Below, in pieces: positions 1 to 8,305 of a stretch of 17,364 bases of DNA. The translations under genes were made by a program, and so were the position numbers. Position 1 is the stretch's first letter, and every line of letters begins with the position of its first letter. Under the pieces are notes generated by a model. It had not been told where the DNA came from and did not search any database. It saw only the letters and a program-made list of their open reading frames with translations. Source of the DNA: an uncultured Pseudomonadota bacterium (lineage in GTDB: Bacteria > BMS3Abin14); contig CAYVSA010000045.1 in assembly GCA_964454175.1 (NCBI GenBank), positions 1 to 17,364 on the forward strand, read 5' to 3'.

Positions 1-801
1 TTAGCCACGATACTTGCAACCTCATTAACGATCGGCAGCGGCGCGTCGAGTGGGATCTTCGCGCCCTCCCTTTTCATCGGGGCCATGACTGGCGGTTTCT
101 TCGGCTGGGGTGTGCACGAGCTGTTCCCGGCGATCACCGCCGATCCGGGGGCCTACGCTCTTGTTGCCATGGGAGCGGTAGTGGCGGGAACAACCCATGC
201 TCCAATAACAGCGATCATCATAATCTTTGAGATGACTACTACATATAAGATCATCCTTCCGCTCATGTTCGCATGCATGATAAGCACCATCGTCACCACC
301 TCCCTGAAGAGCGGGTCGATCTACACGATCAAGCTTGCGCGCCGGGGTGTGGAGCTCTTCCAGGGCTGGGAGCAGAGCATCCTCCAGGCAATCAAGGTTC
401 GCGATATCATGCAGGACCAGGTTGTTGAGGTCCCCGAGGGGATGCCGCTGGGCAGCATAATCGAGAGCCTCAAGATGCAGGACGTCTCCTACCTGCACAT
501 GGTAAACAACGATGACGAACTGACTGGTGTGATCTCCTTCCGTGACATTCGGTCGGTCCTGCAGGAGGAGGCCCTGAAAAGCCTGGTGATCGCAAAGGAT
601 GTTGCCACCGTTAACCTGATAACCATTCACCCATCAGACAGCATACTACTGGCCTTGCAGGAAATGGGCAGCCGGGGGATCTCCCAACTCCCGGTGGTGA
701 TGGAAGATGACGGCCGTAAACTGGTGGGGACGGTGAGCCAGAGAGACGTTCTGTCGGCCTATGACAAGGCCGTCCTCAATCGGGAGATCGAGGGTATCTG
801 A
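1..801 (+). CDS. ClC-family chloride channel/H+ antiporter with C-terminal CBS domains (5' truncated)
   Basis: Frame is open from position 1: LATILATSLTIGSGASSGIFAPSLFIGAMTGG (ClC GxFxP motif), AGTTHAPITAIIIIFEMT, SIYTIKL, then two CBS repeats; stop TGA 799-801. Confidence 0.93.
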   Translation, partial: LATILATSLTIGSGASSGIFAPSLFIGAMTGGFFGWGVHELFPAITADPGAYALVAMGAVVAGTTHAPITAIIIIFEMTTTYKIILPLMFACMISTIVTTSLKSGSIYTIKLARRGVELFQGWEQSILQAIKVRDIMQDQVVEVPEGMPLGSIIESLKMQDVSYLHMVNNDDELTGVISFRDIRSVLQEEALKSLVIAKDVATVNLITIHPSDSILLALQEMGSRGISQLPVVMEDDGRKLVGTVSQRDVLSAYDKAVLNREIEGI

Positions 802-879
802 GAAGATCTGTTTCGTGATTCAACATGATCCAGGACTGATATTAATCCAGCTGATATCAGTAAAATTGGTCGAAGTTCG

Positions 880-2448
880 TCAGGTTTCATCAGGCCCACC
901 GTCCTCCTCGATGCTGCTTTCAAGGTCTTCAAGGTTGCGGTCGAGGTCGCGCATGAGTTCTTCAGCGTTCTCGTAGCTGATCTCGCCTTCCATGGAAAGT
1001 TCCGAAAGTGTGCTCTTTTGCAGCATCAGGATAGAACGCCTCAGCATCTGCTCCCGCACACTCATCACCTCCGGGGTGGTCTCCAGTTCCACCATCTCCT
1101 GTCCTACTTCCTTGAGCTGGGACTCCAGTTCGTAAGTCAGACGTGAGGCTGTAGCAGGGGTGATGCGCCCTTCCACTTTTTTGCGCTTCAGGTCCTCGAG
1201 GCTGCGGTTGATGATAACCGTTCTCGCCACAGCCCGCTCGTAGATCTCATCCCTCTCATCTCTGCCCGCCAGCCCCAGCAGCCGAATGAGCGGGGACATT
1301 GTCAGGCCCTGCACGGTTAGTGACAGGAAAACGACGCCGAACACCAGAGAAACGATAAAATCTCTCTGTGGCATGTCGGGAAGTCCCAGTGCCAATGCAA
1401 TGGGTATGGAGCCGTGTATGCCGCCCCAGTTGATCACGTGAGTCCACCGGACAGGGATGCCCTCACCCGCAAGGTTGAGCACCCCCAGGAGCGGGTAGCT
1501 GCCCACTGCCCTTGCTGCCACGACAATGAGAAAGGCGGCCGTTATCGCCGGCCAGATTGTGATTAGTTCGGCGGGATCGATCTGTGTTCCGATCATCAGG
1601 AAAATGAGCGAATTAATGATGAAAGCCGCGATCTCCCAGAAGTTTTTAATTGCCAGGCGGGTGGTAGGGCTCATTGCGTGGCGCGCCCCCTGGTTGCCGA
1701 TGAGCACCCCGGCCGCGACAACCGCCATAACCCCGGAAACATGAAGAGTATGCTCGGCTATCATGAATGAACCGAAGGCCAGGATGATGGTTATGAGTAC
1801 CTCCAGTACGTGGTCGTCGAGTTTTTTGAGGAACATGAAGGCGACCTGTCCGGCGAGGACGCCCACCATGAGACCGCCCAGGACAACCTTGAAAAAGAGC
1901 AGGACGGATGCACCAAAGCTGAACTGGCCTGAGGTTATTATCCCCACGAGGACACCGTAGAGGACAATGCCCGTCCCATCGTTGAAGACCGACTCCCCCT
2001 CCACGATCATGGAGAGCCTTTTTGAGACCCCCAGCTTTTTAAAGAGGGCCAGTACCGAAATAGGGTCGGTGGGAGTAACCATGACACCTATAAGGAGCGC
2101 CACCGTCAGGGGAAGGCCAGTAAGCTTTTGAAAGAGCACTCCGGCGGTGAACCCGGCTATCAGCAGGCCGGGGAGGGAGAGGGCGGCTATCGTACGCAGG
2201 TTCCTCCTGAGGTGTGATATCTCGAAGTGGATTGCGCCCTCAAAGAGCAGGGGAGGGAGAAAGGCGAAGAGGATCATCTCCTGCGTGAGGCGATAGGGGC
2301 CGATGCCTGTGAGACCCACTACCAGTCCTCCGATGACGAGAGCGATAGTGTAGGGGAGTCGGATGAACTTCACGACGACTCCGATCACCGCTGCGATAGT
2401 CAGTAGAGTCAGAAACTGGATCTCGGGCCCTATAAGAGTTTGTTCCAA
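880..2448 (-). CDS. Na+/H+ antiporter, CPA1 (NhaP/NhaG-like) family
   Basis: 522 aa, many TM segments, motifs FLPPLLFE, PTDPISV, EGESVFNDG, WGGIHG, soluble C-terminal tail; TTG start with AGGGGAG upstream. Confidence 0.93.
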   Translation of the reverse strand: MEQTLIGPEIQFLTLLTIAAVIGVVVKFIRLPYTIALVIGGLVVGLTGIGPYRLTQEMILFAFLPPLLFEGAIHFEISHLRRNLRTIAALSLPGLLIAGFTAGVLFQKLTGLPLTVALLIGVMVTPTDPISVLALFKKLGVSKRLSMIVEGESVFNDGTGIVLYGVLVGIITSGQFSFGASVLLFFKVVLGGLMVGVLAGQVAFMFLKKLDDHVLEVLITIILAFGSFMIAEHTLHVSGVMAVVAAGVLIGNQGARHAMSPTTRLAIKNFWEIAAFIINSLIFLMIGTQIDPAELITIWPAITAAFLIVVAARAVGSYPLLGVLNLAGEGIPVRWTHVINWGGIHGSIPIALALGLPDMPQRDFIVSLVFGVVFLSLTVQGLTMSPLIRLLGLAGRDERDEIYERAVARTVIINRSLEDLKRKKVEGRITPATASRLTYELESQLKEVGQEMVELETTPEVMSVREQMLRRSILMLQKSTLSELSMEGEISYENAEELMRDLDRNLEDLESSIEEDGGPDET

Positions 2449-2470
2449 AATCTGTCGCTCCCCTGTTTAT

Positions 2471-2875
2471 CTATGCCGGGACAGGTTTTCTCTTTTCGTC
2501 TACTACACGATAGAATCGGTCCCTGTCGATGATCGCCCTTTCGATCTGGCCGTCCGCGACTATTTCAACCTCATCCCTGACAACTGCGTCAAAAAGGAAC
2601 TTCCTGCCGTTTACCTCTCTTAATGTCACCACTGCTTCAACCCTTAGCCCGGGCGGGGTTGGTCTGAAATGCCTCACCTTGATCATGGTGCCTACCGATA
2701 TCTCCCCATCATCCATGATGGGGGCGAGGGCATCCGTGGCGGCGTTCTCGAACATTACCGTGAGCATGGGCGTTGCGAGGACATCCACACCAATATTCCC
2801 CACGGTGCTTGCCAGGTGGTCCTTGTCAACAAACAGAGTGAACTTTCCGGTAGCTCCAGGCTTCAGGTCTTTCAT
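2471..2875 (-). CDS. Hot-dog fold thioesterase, FlK (fluoroacetyl-CoA thioesterase-like) family
   Basis: VLATPMLTVMFENAA, SVGTMIKVRH, ERAII carry the Thr/Glu/His and Arg pattern of FlK-like enzymes; AAGGAG RBS upstream. Confidence 0.85.
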   Translation of the reverse strand: MKDLKPGATGKFTLFVDKDHLASTVGNIGVDVLATPMLTVMFENAATDALAPIMDDGEISVGTMIKVRHFRPTPPGLRVEAVVTLREVNGRKFLFDAVVRDEVEIVADGQIERAIIDRDRFYRVVDEKRKPVPA

Positions 2876-3039
2876 CCCAGATCTCCTTTCAGGTAGGGTG
2901 CCAGATAATCACAGGCGGAGATGTGCGTCAAGGGTTGGTACGGGGGATGGGAAACGGGGCTCTTTATCCGGTTTTCGAATTGAATAACAGTGTTTATAAA
3001 GGAATGGCGCGGTTAAAGCATTGATATGTGAAATTTCTC

Positions 3040-3073
3040 TTGAAATGCTCATTCAATCCTGTATATTGTATAC
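3040..3073 (+). promoter_or_regulatory. Candidate sigma70 promoter for citrate synthase overlapping a palindromic operator
   Basis: TTGAAA (3040-3045), 16-nt spacer, TATATT (3062-3067); palindrome GTATA-TTG-TATAC (3061-3073). Confidence 0.4.
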
Positions 3074-3233
3074 GGTATTTCGAGATGTGAGTCGGGGTAA
3101 AACACCCATCTTTATATCGACAGCATTATTCCATGGGAGTGTATTGGGCCCTCCAGGGCCGCCGTTAGTGACGGTTTTGGGTGGGTTTTGTTTCGAAAGA
3201 GACTTTTCAGAGACTTGGCAAAGGAGTGTGACT

Positions 3234-4514
3234 ATGGGAACTCTAAAAGAGAAGTTTGCAAGCCAGATCCCAGGCCTCAGGCAGGAGATAGGCAATTTGG
3301 TAAAGACCCACGGGGATGTGGTTCTTTCCGAAGCCACTGTCAAGATGGCCTATGGAGGAATGCGGGGCATCAAGGGCCTCATTTGTGATACCTCCGAGGT
3401 CAGCCCCGATAAGGGGCTCATTATCAGAGGCATTCCCCTGCTGGAGATCACGCATCTAATTCCTGAGGAGATATTCTATTTGCTCGTCACAGGTGAGCTT
3501 CCAACCGAAGCGGATACCCAGAGCGTCAAGGACGAGTTCAACGCGAGGGCCGGAGTGCCGTCCTACGTGTGGGATGTACTGAGGGCAATGCCGGACGATT
3601 CCCATCCCATGGCCATGATAAGTGTAGGTATAATGGCTATGCAAAGAGAGTCTGAGTTCGCCAAGGCCTACGCCGCGGGCATCAAGAAAACCGAGTACTG
3701 GGAACCCAACATGGAAGATTCCCTCAACCTCCTGGCCAAACTCCCGGAGATGGCCGCAGGTATCTACCGGATAAGGTACAATAAAGGTGATCTCATTCCT
3801 TACGATCCAGGTCTGGACTGGGGCGGTAATTTCGCCAATATGCTGGGTATTCCGGATCCCGATGGCAACCTCGCTGAGCTGCTGCGTCTCTATCTCACCC
3901 TTCACAGCGATCACGAGAGCGGCAATGTCAGCGCCCATGTGTGCCACACTATCGGGTCAGCGCTGTCGGATGCTTACTATTCTCTGGCTGGTGGCCTCAA
4001 CGGTCTTGCCGGCCCTCTTCACGGTCTTGCCAACCAGGAGTGCCTGGGCTTCGTCCTGGGAATGATCGATAAGTACGGAGGCGCTCCCACAGACGAACAG
4101 CTCACGGAGTACTGCTGGGATACACTGAACGGCGGAAAAGTCATTCCCGGCTACGGGCATGCGGTCCTGAGGGTCACCGACCCGAGGTTCTCGGCCCAGG
4201 TGGACTGGGGCAAGAAGCGGATCCCGGAAGATCCGGTCTTCAAGACCGTTGCCAAGATGTTTGACCTGGTGCCGGGTATCCTGAAGGAGCACGGCAAGGC
4301 CAAGAACCCGTGGCCAAACGTCGACGCAGCCTCAGGTTCCCTGGTCTACCACTTCGGCATCAAGGAGTTCTCCTATTACACGGTCCTGTTCAGCGTGTCT
4401 CGCGCCCTCGGCGTGTTGGCCCAGCTGATCTACAACAGGGCCCTGGGAGCTCCCATCGAGAGGCCCAAGTCGGTAACAACCGAGTTTGTTAAGAGTTTTG
4501 TAGCAGGTAAATAA
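3234..4514 (+). CDS. gltA: Citrate (Si)-synthase, eukaryote/mitochondrial-like type
   Basis: Motifs SDHESGNVSAH, GLAGPLHGLANQE, IPGYGHAVLR, KNPWPNVDA. Start moved to ATG 3234 (MGTLKEKF) because of the AAGGAG RBS at 3221-3226. Confidence 0.96.
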   Translation: MGTLKEKFASQIPGLRQEIGNLVKTHGDVVLSEATVKMAYGGMRGIKGLICDTSEVSPDKGLIIRGIPLLEITHLIPEEIFYLLVTGELPTEADTQSVKDEFNARAGVPSYVWDVLRAMPDDSHPMAMISVGIMAMQRESEFAKAYAAGIKKTEYWEPNMEDSLNLLAKLPEMAAGIYRIRYNKGDLIPYDPGLDWGGNFANMLGIPDPDGNLAELLRLYLTLHSDHESGNVSAHVCHTIGSALSDAYYSLAGGLNGLAGPLHGLANQECLGFVLGMIDKYGGAPTDEQLTEYCWDTLNGGKVIPGYGHAVLRVTDPRFSAQVDWGKKRIPEDPVFKTVAKMFDLVPGILKEHGKAKNPWPNVDAASGSLVYHFGIKEFSYYTVLFSVSRALGVLAQLIYNRALGAPIERPKSVTTEFVKSFVAGK

Positions 4515-4536
4515 TTCAGAGACCACAGAAATGCAC

Positions 4537-4572
4537 GCCCGGGCCTGTTCCTGCAGGCCCGGGCTTTTTTTT
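4537..4572 (+). terminator. Rho-independent terminator after citrate synthase
   Basis: GCCCGGGCCTG-ttcctg-CAGGCCCGGGC (11-bp perfect stem) followed by 8 T. Confidence 0.9.
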
Positions 4573-4612
4573 ACCTGAAGTGATAGAGTCCAAATATGGA
4601 GGTGTGCGCAAG

Positions 4613-5596
4613 ATGACCATAAAGGCAGTGGGAATCATTTCGGGCGGGCTTGACAGTATGCTGGCCTGCAGGGTCCTTATGGACCAGGGTGTCGAAATCA
4701 CGGCCATAACTTTCACCACCCCCTTTTTCGGGAGCGCGAGGGGGGAGGCGGCCGCTTCCGCTCTGGGTGTCGAGCACATCGTGATGGATATAACCGATGA
4801 TCACCTGAAGATGGTGAAATCCCCTCATCACGGATACGGCAAAAACATGAATCCGTGCATCGACTGCCACGCCATGATGTTTGCCACGGCAGCGGGTGTC
4901 ATGAGGGAGGTTTCGGGCAAATTCCTGTTCTCCGGGGAGGTACTAGGGCAAAGGCCCATGTCCCAGAATCCCAAGGCATTGAGATTAGTGGAGAAAGAAT
5001 CGGGCTGCGAAGATATTATTGTGCGGCCTCTTTCAGCCAGGCTCCTCCCCGAAACCAGGCCCGAAAGGGAAGGGTTCGTCGACAGGGAGAAGCTCCTGGA
5101 CATTCATGGAAGGTCGAGGAAGCGTCAGATGGAGCTTGCTTCGTCTTTCGGTCTCGATGAGTATCCGACGCCCGGAGGAGGCTGCCTTCTTACCGACCCC
5201 GGTTTTTCCGTCCGATTAAAGGAGCTTTTTACAATTCAGCCGGATGCTGATGCCACGGACGTGTTGCGGCTGAAAGTCGGCAGGCATTTCCGGCTTCCGA
5301 GCGGTGCCAAGGCCATAGTCGGCAGACACAGCGAGGATAACGATCAGTTGGAAAAGCTCTTCCGGCAGGAGGACCACTCCATGGAGGTTGAGGGAATTCC
5401 AGGGCCGCTGGTCCTGGTTGAAGGCGGTGCTTCAGAAGCGGACCTCCGGATCGCTGCGGCCCTGGCTGTACGATACAGCAAGGCGGCAAAAGACAGCAGC
5501 GCGGATGTAATTCTCAAAAGTTCCCTGGGCGCGGAAAAGCAAATTACTACGGCTCCGGCCGAACCGGACACTGTCAAGGCCCACAGTATTGGATGA
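4613..5596 (+). CDS. ThiI/MnmA-like tRNA thiolation protein (PP-loop ATPase, no THUMP domain)
   Basis: SGGLDS PP-loop, NPCIDCH, GEVLGQRPMSQ, PGGGCLLT, GRHFRL. Start set at ATG 4613 after GGAGGTG. Confidence 0.82.
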   Translation: MTIKAVGIISGGLDSMLACRVLMDQGVEITAITFTTPFFGSARGEAAASALGVEHIVMDITDDHLKMVKSPHHGYGKNMNPCIDCHAMMFATAAGVMREVSGKFLFSGEVLGQRPMSQNPKALRLVEKESGCEDIIVRPLSARLLPETRPEREGFVDREKLLDIHGRSRKRQMELASSFGLDEYPTPGGGCLLTDPGFSVRLKELFTIQPDADATDVLRLKVGRHFRLPSGAKAIVGRHSEDNDQLEKLFRQEDHSMEVEGIPGPLVLVEGGASEADLRIAAALAVRYSKAAKDSSADVILKSSLGAEKQITTAPAEPDTVKAHSIG

Positions 5597-5921
5597 AGTG
5601 AAGGACAGGAACGGGACTGATCTTCTGGAGGCAGAGCCCGTAAATCTGCCTGTAGACGGTGTCCTTGACCTGCATACTTTTGCTCCGCGGGACGTCTCGT
5701 CAGTTGTTGAAGAGTACCTCAACACATGCCGGTCAGAAAGAGTGCTGGCGGTCAGGATAATTCACGGAAAGGGCAAAGGTGTTCAGAAAAAGATCGTTCG
5801 AAGTGTCCTCGAGGGCCTTGATTTTATCGAGGAATTCGGGGATGCACCGGAAACCGCCGGTGGCTGGGGGGCGACTATTGCAACTCTCAAGCCTCATCGG
5901 GATGAGCCTCCCCGGCCATGA
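5589..5921 (+). CDS. Stand-alone Smr/MutS2 C-terminal domain protein
   Basis: LDLHTF, VRIIHGKGKG, GGWGAT motifs; start codon uncertain (TTG overlapping the upstream stop). Confidence 0.9.
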   Translation: MDEVKDRNGTDLLEAEPVNLPVDGVLDLHTFAPRDVSSVVEEYLNTCRSERVLAVRIIHGKGKGVQKKIVRSVLEGLDFIEEFGDAPETAGGWGATIATLKPHRDEPPRP

Positions 5922-7098
5922 CCACTGCTTTCTTGACTAAAACAGGGCCTACAAGTTCCATCAGGAGGGTAGTCGCTGCTACAAGGTTCACAATAGTCCT
6001 TGCCACCTGCACACCCTCGGGGCCCAATTGGGAAAAGTCCTGAAGGACGACCAGCGAGAGGCCTATCGCCACTCCTGCCTGACTGAAAAGGGCTGGCCCA
6101 AGGTACCTGCGAATTTTCCAGTCTGCACCTGAAACCAGGGCCCCTAGCCAGGAACCTGCCCACTTACCAGCGACCCTCAATACAATAAACAGCAGGCCGA
6201 TGACCTCGAGGTTTGCCAGCCACTTGATGTCCAGTTCTGCCCCCACCAGCACGAAGAACAGCAGGTAGAGGGGAGGGGTTACGTCTTCCAGGTTTTTAAG
6301 CAAGTGGGCTACGTCAACAGTAGCGATGTTGAGGGCCACCATGCCGGAAACAAGTGTTGCGAGCATCAACGAGATGTGTAGTGTCTGCGCCGTGCCAGCT
6401 GTTATGAAGATCAGGCCCAGAGATGCAATGAGCGCGGTGTGGGGCCTGTTGACCTTTTGGAGCAATAGCCCGATCGCAACACCGGATAATACCCCCAGGA
6501 GGATGCCTCCTGCCACCTCGAGGGAAGCAGGCCCCATTACCTGCATCAGGGTCTGCTTCGAGCCGGAGTGAATGGACAGCGCGATGGACTCTCCCAGTCC
6601 GAAAAGGATTATGGCCACTCCGTCGTCCAGAGCTACGATGGCCATGATCATGGTAGTCAGTGGTCCTTTGGCCCTGTTCTCCCAGAGCACGTTCAAGGTT
6701 GCTGCGGGTGCAGTAGCAGAGGCCAGGGGCCCGAGGATCAGGGCCATGGGCAGGTTGGAAGTCGCAAGATAAATACCGCCTCCAACGAGGAGTGTGGCGA
6801 TCACGGTCTGGAAAATGAGAATGATGAAAACCTCGGATCCGTGTTTGGAAAAGACATCCCTGCCCAGTTGCCCCCCAACTGTGAACCCGATGATCCCCAG
6901 CACCATGGGAGTCACCATCTCCAATGTATTAAGAATGTCCCTGGAAAGGAGCCCGGAGACGGAGTCGCTGAGCAGAAGGCCGAGAAGGATGTATCCAACC
7001 AGGCCGGGGAGCTTGAGGGCATAGGCTCCCTTTCCTGCCAGAAGTCCCACAAAGAGAACGACACCGATTAGAAGCAGCGGTTCCAGGGGTGACGTCAT
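5887..7098 (-). CDS. Cation:proton antiporter (CPA2-like, Na_H_Exchanger family)
   Basis: Many TM helices, SATAPAAT, VALDDG, SQAGVAIGL. Start set at ATG 7098 (MTSPLEP) after GGAGGG. Confidence 0.9.
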   Translation of the reverse strand: MTSPLEPLLLIGVVLFVGLLAGKGAYALKLPGLVGYILLGLLLSDSVSGLLSRDILNTLEMVTPMVLGIIGFTVGGQLGRDVFSKHGSEVFIILIFQTVIATLLVGGGIYLATSNLPMALILGPLASATAPAATLNVLWENRAKGPLTTMIMAIVALDDGVAIILFGLGESIALSIHSGSKQTLMQVMGPASLEVAGGILLGVLSGVAIGLLLQKVNRPHTALIASLGLIFITAGTAQTLHISLMLATLVSGMVALNIATVDVAHLLKNLEDVTPPLYLLFFVLVGAELDIKWLANLEVIGLLFIVLRVAGKWAGSWLGALVSGADWKIRRYLGPALFSQAGVAIGLSLVVLQDFSQLGPEGVQVARTIVNLVAATTLLMELVGPVLVKKAVVMAGEAHPDEA

Positions 7099-7102
7099 CT
7101 GC

Positions 7103-7573
7103 TCAGAAACCCTCCGAGAGGCGGTGGCAGAGAAGAGCTGACAACTTGACCAGGCCCATGATTTTTCCATTGCTGTCAGTTACGGGTATTTCCAGGATGT
7201 TGTGCCGGACCATCTTCTCAACGGCTTCGGCTGGATCATCATCCCTTTTCAGGGCGATCGCTTTCTGGTTTATGAGCTGCCTGCAGGAATCGGTGGTTAT
7301 GTGGCTCAATATCCCGTGCCCCAGGAAAGATCTGCGGCAGACTTCCGGAAAGATGTTGCTCGCAAGGTGCTCCAGGCTTATCTGCCCCAGGAGCCGTCCT
7401 TTAATGTCTGTTACGTAAAAGGCAAGCCTGTCGCTGTTTTCCTGAAAGGAGGTGAAAAGGTTGGTGATCGGGGCGTCTTCAGTAAATACTGACCCCTCCG
7501 GCACCGATTCCATTAAGTCACCGACGACAAGATCGGGTGCGGAATTGCCCATCGATTTTCCCATGTCTTCCAT
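7103..7573 (-). CDS. CBS domain pair protein
   Basis: VGDLM..., FYVTDIKGRLLGQIS and IPVTDSNGKIMGLV are CBS-type repeats; lies immediately upstream of the antiporter. Confidence 0.8.
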   Translation of the reverse strand: MEDMGKSMGNSAPDLVVGDLMESVPEGSVFTEDAPITNLFTSFQENSDRLAFYVTDIKGRLLGQISLEHLASNIFPEVCRRSFLGHGILSHITTDSCRQLINQKAIALKRDDDPAEAVEKMVRHNILEIPVTDSNGKIMGLVKLSALLCHRLSEGF

Positions 7574-7756
7574 AGCTGCTGACCCTCAAATTTTCCGGCG
7601 GATCCGGAGTTGAAATACAGTCTCCCATTTATTTGCCAATTATAACATAGTGTGCTATCCACAAACTCAAGAAGTAATTTCAAGTAATTGGAATGCATCC
7701 TGGACGTTGCACTGGATACGGAAATAGTGAGATAGCCTGATTAGGGGGGAAACTAA

Positions 7757-8122
7757 ATGACCTGGTTCCTGTATCTGGTTTCCATACTGTGGGTTGCTGT
7801 GGGAAGTGTTCTCATCCTGCATACCGAAAAGGTAAGGGATGTCCTTTCCGGTGTTATGGACGATGCCGACTTCAAAGTCTGGGGTGGATTCACGGCGGGA
7901 TTTGGAGTACTCCTGGGAATTGCCTCCTTCTGGAGCGGTGTGACCTGGTTCCTGCTGCTGCTGTCCCTGACGATCGCCGGCATGGGTGCTTATGCTATGT
8001 TTGGCGACGAAAAGAAGGTTAGATCAATGGTGGATCACTGGATCCAGCTTTCCGATGCCAGCTACAGGTTGTGGGGACTTATCTTCGTTATTTCCTCTGT
8101 AGCCCTCCTGGCCTGGGTTTGA
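7757..8122 (+). CDS. Small membrane protein (about 4 TM; possibly DUF2065-like)
   Basis: 121-aa hydrophobic ORF with AGGGGG RBS, ending in LSDASYRLWGL plus a TM segment. Confidence 0.65.
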   Translation: MTWFLYLVSILWVAVGSVLILHTEKVRDVLSGVMDDADFKVWGGFTAGFGVLLGIASFWSGVTWFLLLLSLTIAGMGAYAMFGDEKKVRSMVDHWIQLSDASYRLWGLIFVISSVALLAWV

Positions 8123-8305
8123 TCCAGTATATATATTCCGAGGTCTGCTGCGTCTGATTCCCCTTTAATTTCCACTGGCAAAATCCGCCTGAAAAACCTA
8201 GAATTACGATTTGGTATTCAAAGTCTGTGGAAAAGACCGCTGTCAACACCGGGACGGGAGCGGTGGCAGGCTGTTTGAGGATCTCAAAGGTATCGAAAGG
8301 CGGAA

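Noticed and set aside
1-801. ClC as a fluoride exporter (CLC-F) cooperating with the FlK-like thioesterase
   Set aside because: It has the canonical GIFAP motif rather than the GEVTP of CLC-F, and no fluoride riboswitch is visible in the window.
799-828. Sec readthrough of the ClC TGA stop (and of other TGA stops in the window)
   Set aside because: The proteins are complete at those stops, there is no redox-motif context, and I saw no convincing SECIS hairpin.
3021-3233. 71-aa N-terminal extension of citrate synthase in the ORF track
   Set aside because: It is not citrate synthase-like, overlaps promoter-like DNA, and a strong RBS precedes ATG 3234.
8176-8205. c-di-GMP-I riboswitch suggested by GGCAAA...GAAA
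   Set aside because: The P1 stem does not pair and the downstream GACGCAAAGC/P2 region is missing.
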